Source: Candidatus Korarchaeum cryptofilum OPF8
Lineage (GTDB): Archaea > Korarchaeota > Korarchaeia > Korarchaeales > Korarchaeaceae
Length of the DNA stretch: 32,000 bases
Direction of reading: 5' to 3'
NCBI RefSeq assembly: GCF_000019605.1
Contig: NC_010482.1
Location: forward strand, 540,001 to 572,000
Shown: piece after piece, positions 31,429 through 32,000 of the stretch
Layout of the letters: each line of letters begins with the position of its first letter
Position numbering within the stretch: the stretch's first letter is position 1
Notes under the pieces: generated by a model
The model's database searches: none
Told to the model about the DNA's origin: nothing
The model's input: only the letters and a program-made list of their open reading frames with translations
Translations under genes and position numbers: made by a program

Positions 31429-32000
31429 ATGGTATCGAAGTTCGCGGATATGCTGATAGACCTGCTCCTAAAGAAGGGAGTGAAGGAGATAGAGCCTAAG
31501 CTCGATTATGATTATGGGGTAAGTTATTATGAATCTTTAGGTATTTCTCGTGATGATTTCCCGAATTTAAATGATATTCTGATCGAGCTTGAGAGGAAGG
31601 GGATATTGAAAGGGACTAAAGTGGGGACCATACCCACCTGCCCGAATTGCGGCTCCCACAAGCTGATATTGAGGCTTCTCTGCCCGATCTGCGACTCGCC
31701 GAATATAAGGAGGGTGGAGGCTATCCATCACATATCTTGCAATTTCACCGCTCCCTCGGACATGTTCTCATCGGGGGAGATCCTGAGGTGCCCGAATTGC
31801 GGTAAGCCGTTGAGGGCAATAGGAGTCGATTACAATAAGTATCAGAACGTGATATATTGTGAGAATTGCAAGAGAGTATCTATCTCCCCCAAGCTAATCT
31901 TCATCTGTTCCGATTGCGGGGAGTCCATGAGTGAGGGCGAGTTAGATCTGAAGCCCCTATTGAGGTATGAGGTCATCGAGGAGAGGTTGCTCAAGCCCTC
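31429..32000 (+). CDS. Multi-zinc-ribbon protein (TackOD1-like), N-terminal part; the gene continues past the right window edge
   Basis: Not in the track because there is no stop in the window. From ATG 31429 the reading frame is open to 32000. It contains CPNCGSHKLILRLLCPIC, HHISC, CPNCGKPL...YCENC and CSDCG. The CxxC-rich repeat resembles my recollection of the TackOD1 output domain. An SD-like GAGGT lies 12 nt upstream. Confidence 0.5.
   Translation, partial: MVSKFADMLIDLLLKKGVKEIEPKLDYDYGVSYYESLGISRDDFPNLNDILIELERKGILKGTKVGTIPTCPNCGSHKLILRLLCPICDSPNIRRVEAIHHISCNFTAPSDMFSSGEILRCPNCGKPLRAIGVDYNKYQNVIYCENCKRVSISPKLIFICSDCGESMSEGELDLKPLLRYEVIEERLLKP

Noticed and set aside
1-32000. Window-wide look for CRISPR arrays, rRNA/tRNA genes, IS elements, integrases and known defence genes
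   Set aside because: I found no regularly spaced repeats, no tRNA cloverleaf candidates, and no transposase, integrase, nuclease or helicase-like ORFs. This was an eye scan only and should be confirmed with tRNAscan-SE, Infernal, ISfinder and DefenseFinder/PADLOC.

Overview
The window looks like dense archaeal chromosome. Arg is mostly AGG/AGA and Ile is often ATA. AT-rich TATA-like boxes sit about 25 nt upstream of many start codons, and there are many 4-17 nt gene overlaps. Gene content includes a 1Fe superoxide reductase, an AbrB-PhoU fusion, a split LysO pair and a multi-zinc-ribbon protein. The lineage (thermophilic, TACK/Korarchaeota-like) is inference only. I support about 37 protein genes plus 2 micro-ORF candidates. 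I found no rRNA, tRNA, CRISPR array or recognisable IS/transposase by eye. Most genes are ordinary: transporters (DASS, CDF, ABC-2, MscS, LysO, AEC, MntP, MarC, EamA), redox and stress enzymes (nitroreductase, flavin reductase, OsmC, aldo/keto reductase, SOR), MobA, rhomboid, LarA-like, class II HMG-CoA reductase and an OSBS/NAAAR-type enolase. Two regions are worth a second look. (1) At 12.7-16.4 kb, two diverged paralogs of a protein I cannot place bracket a wHTH regulator, an SD-preceded micro-ORF, a B12-domain-like radical SAM enzyme and a short MscS. (2) At 1.7-5.7 kb, a tightly coupled minus-strand block encodes three single-pass envelope proteins ahead of an orphan AmmeMemoRadiSam-type radical SAM gene. 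These are an Ig-like ectodomain with a cytoplasmic coiled coil, a protein with 23 N-glycosylation sequons, and a signal-peptide/ectodomain/TM/cytoplasmic-wHTH protein. Smaller oddities are a CDF transporter with three tandem cytoplasmic domains, a rhomboid with a large C-terminal extension, HMGR overlapping an enolase-superfamily gene, a 31-nt perfect repeat shared by the two LysO genes, a perfect palindrome and a duplicated promoter-like box between SOR and mntP, and GC-rich islands in AT-rich spacers that may be small RNAs or micro-ORFs. All functional calls come from motif recognition by eye; no searches were run.
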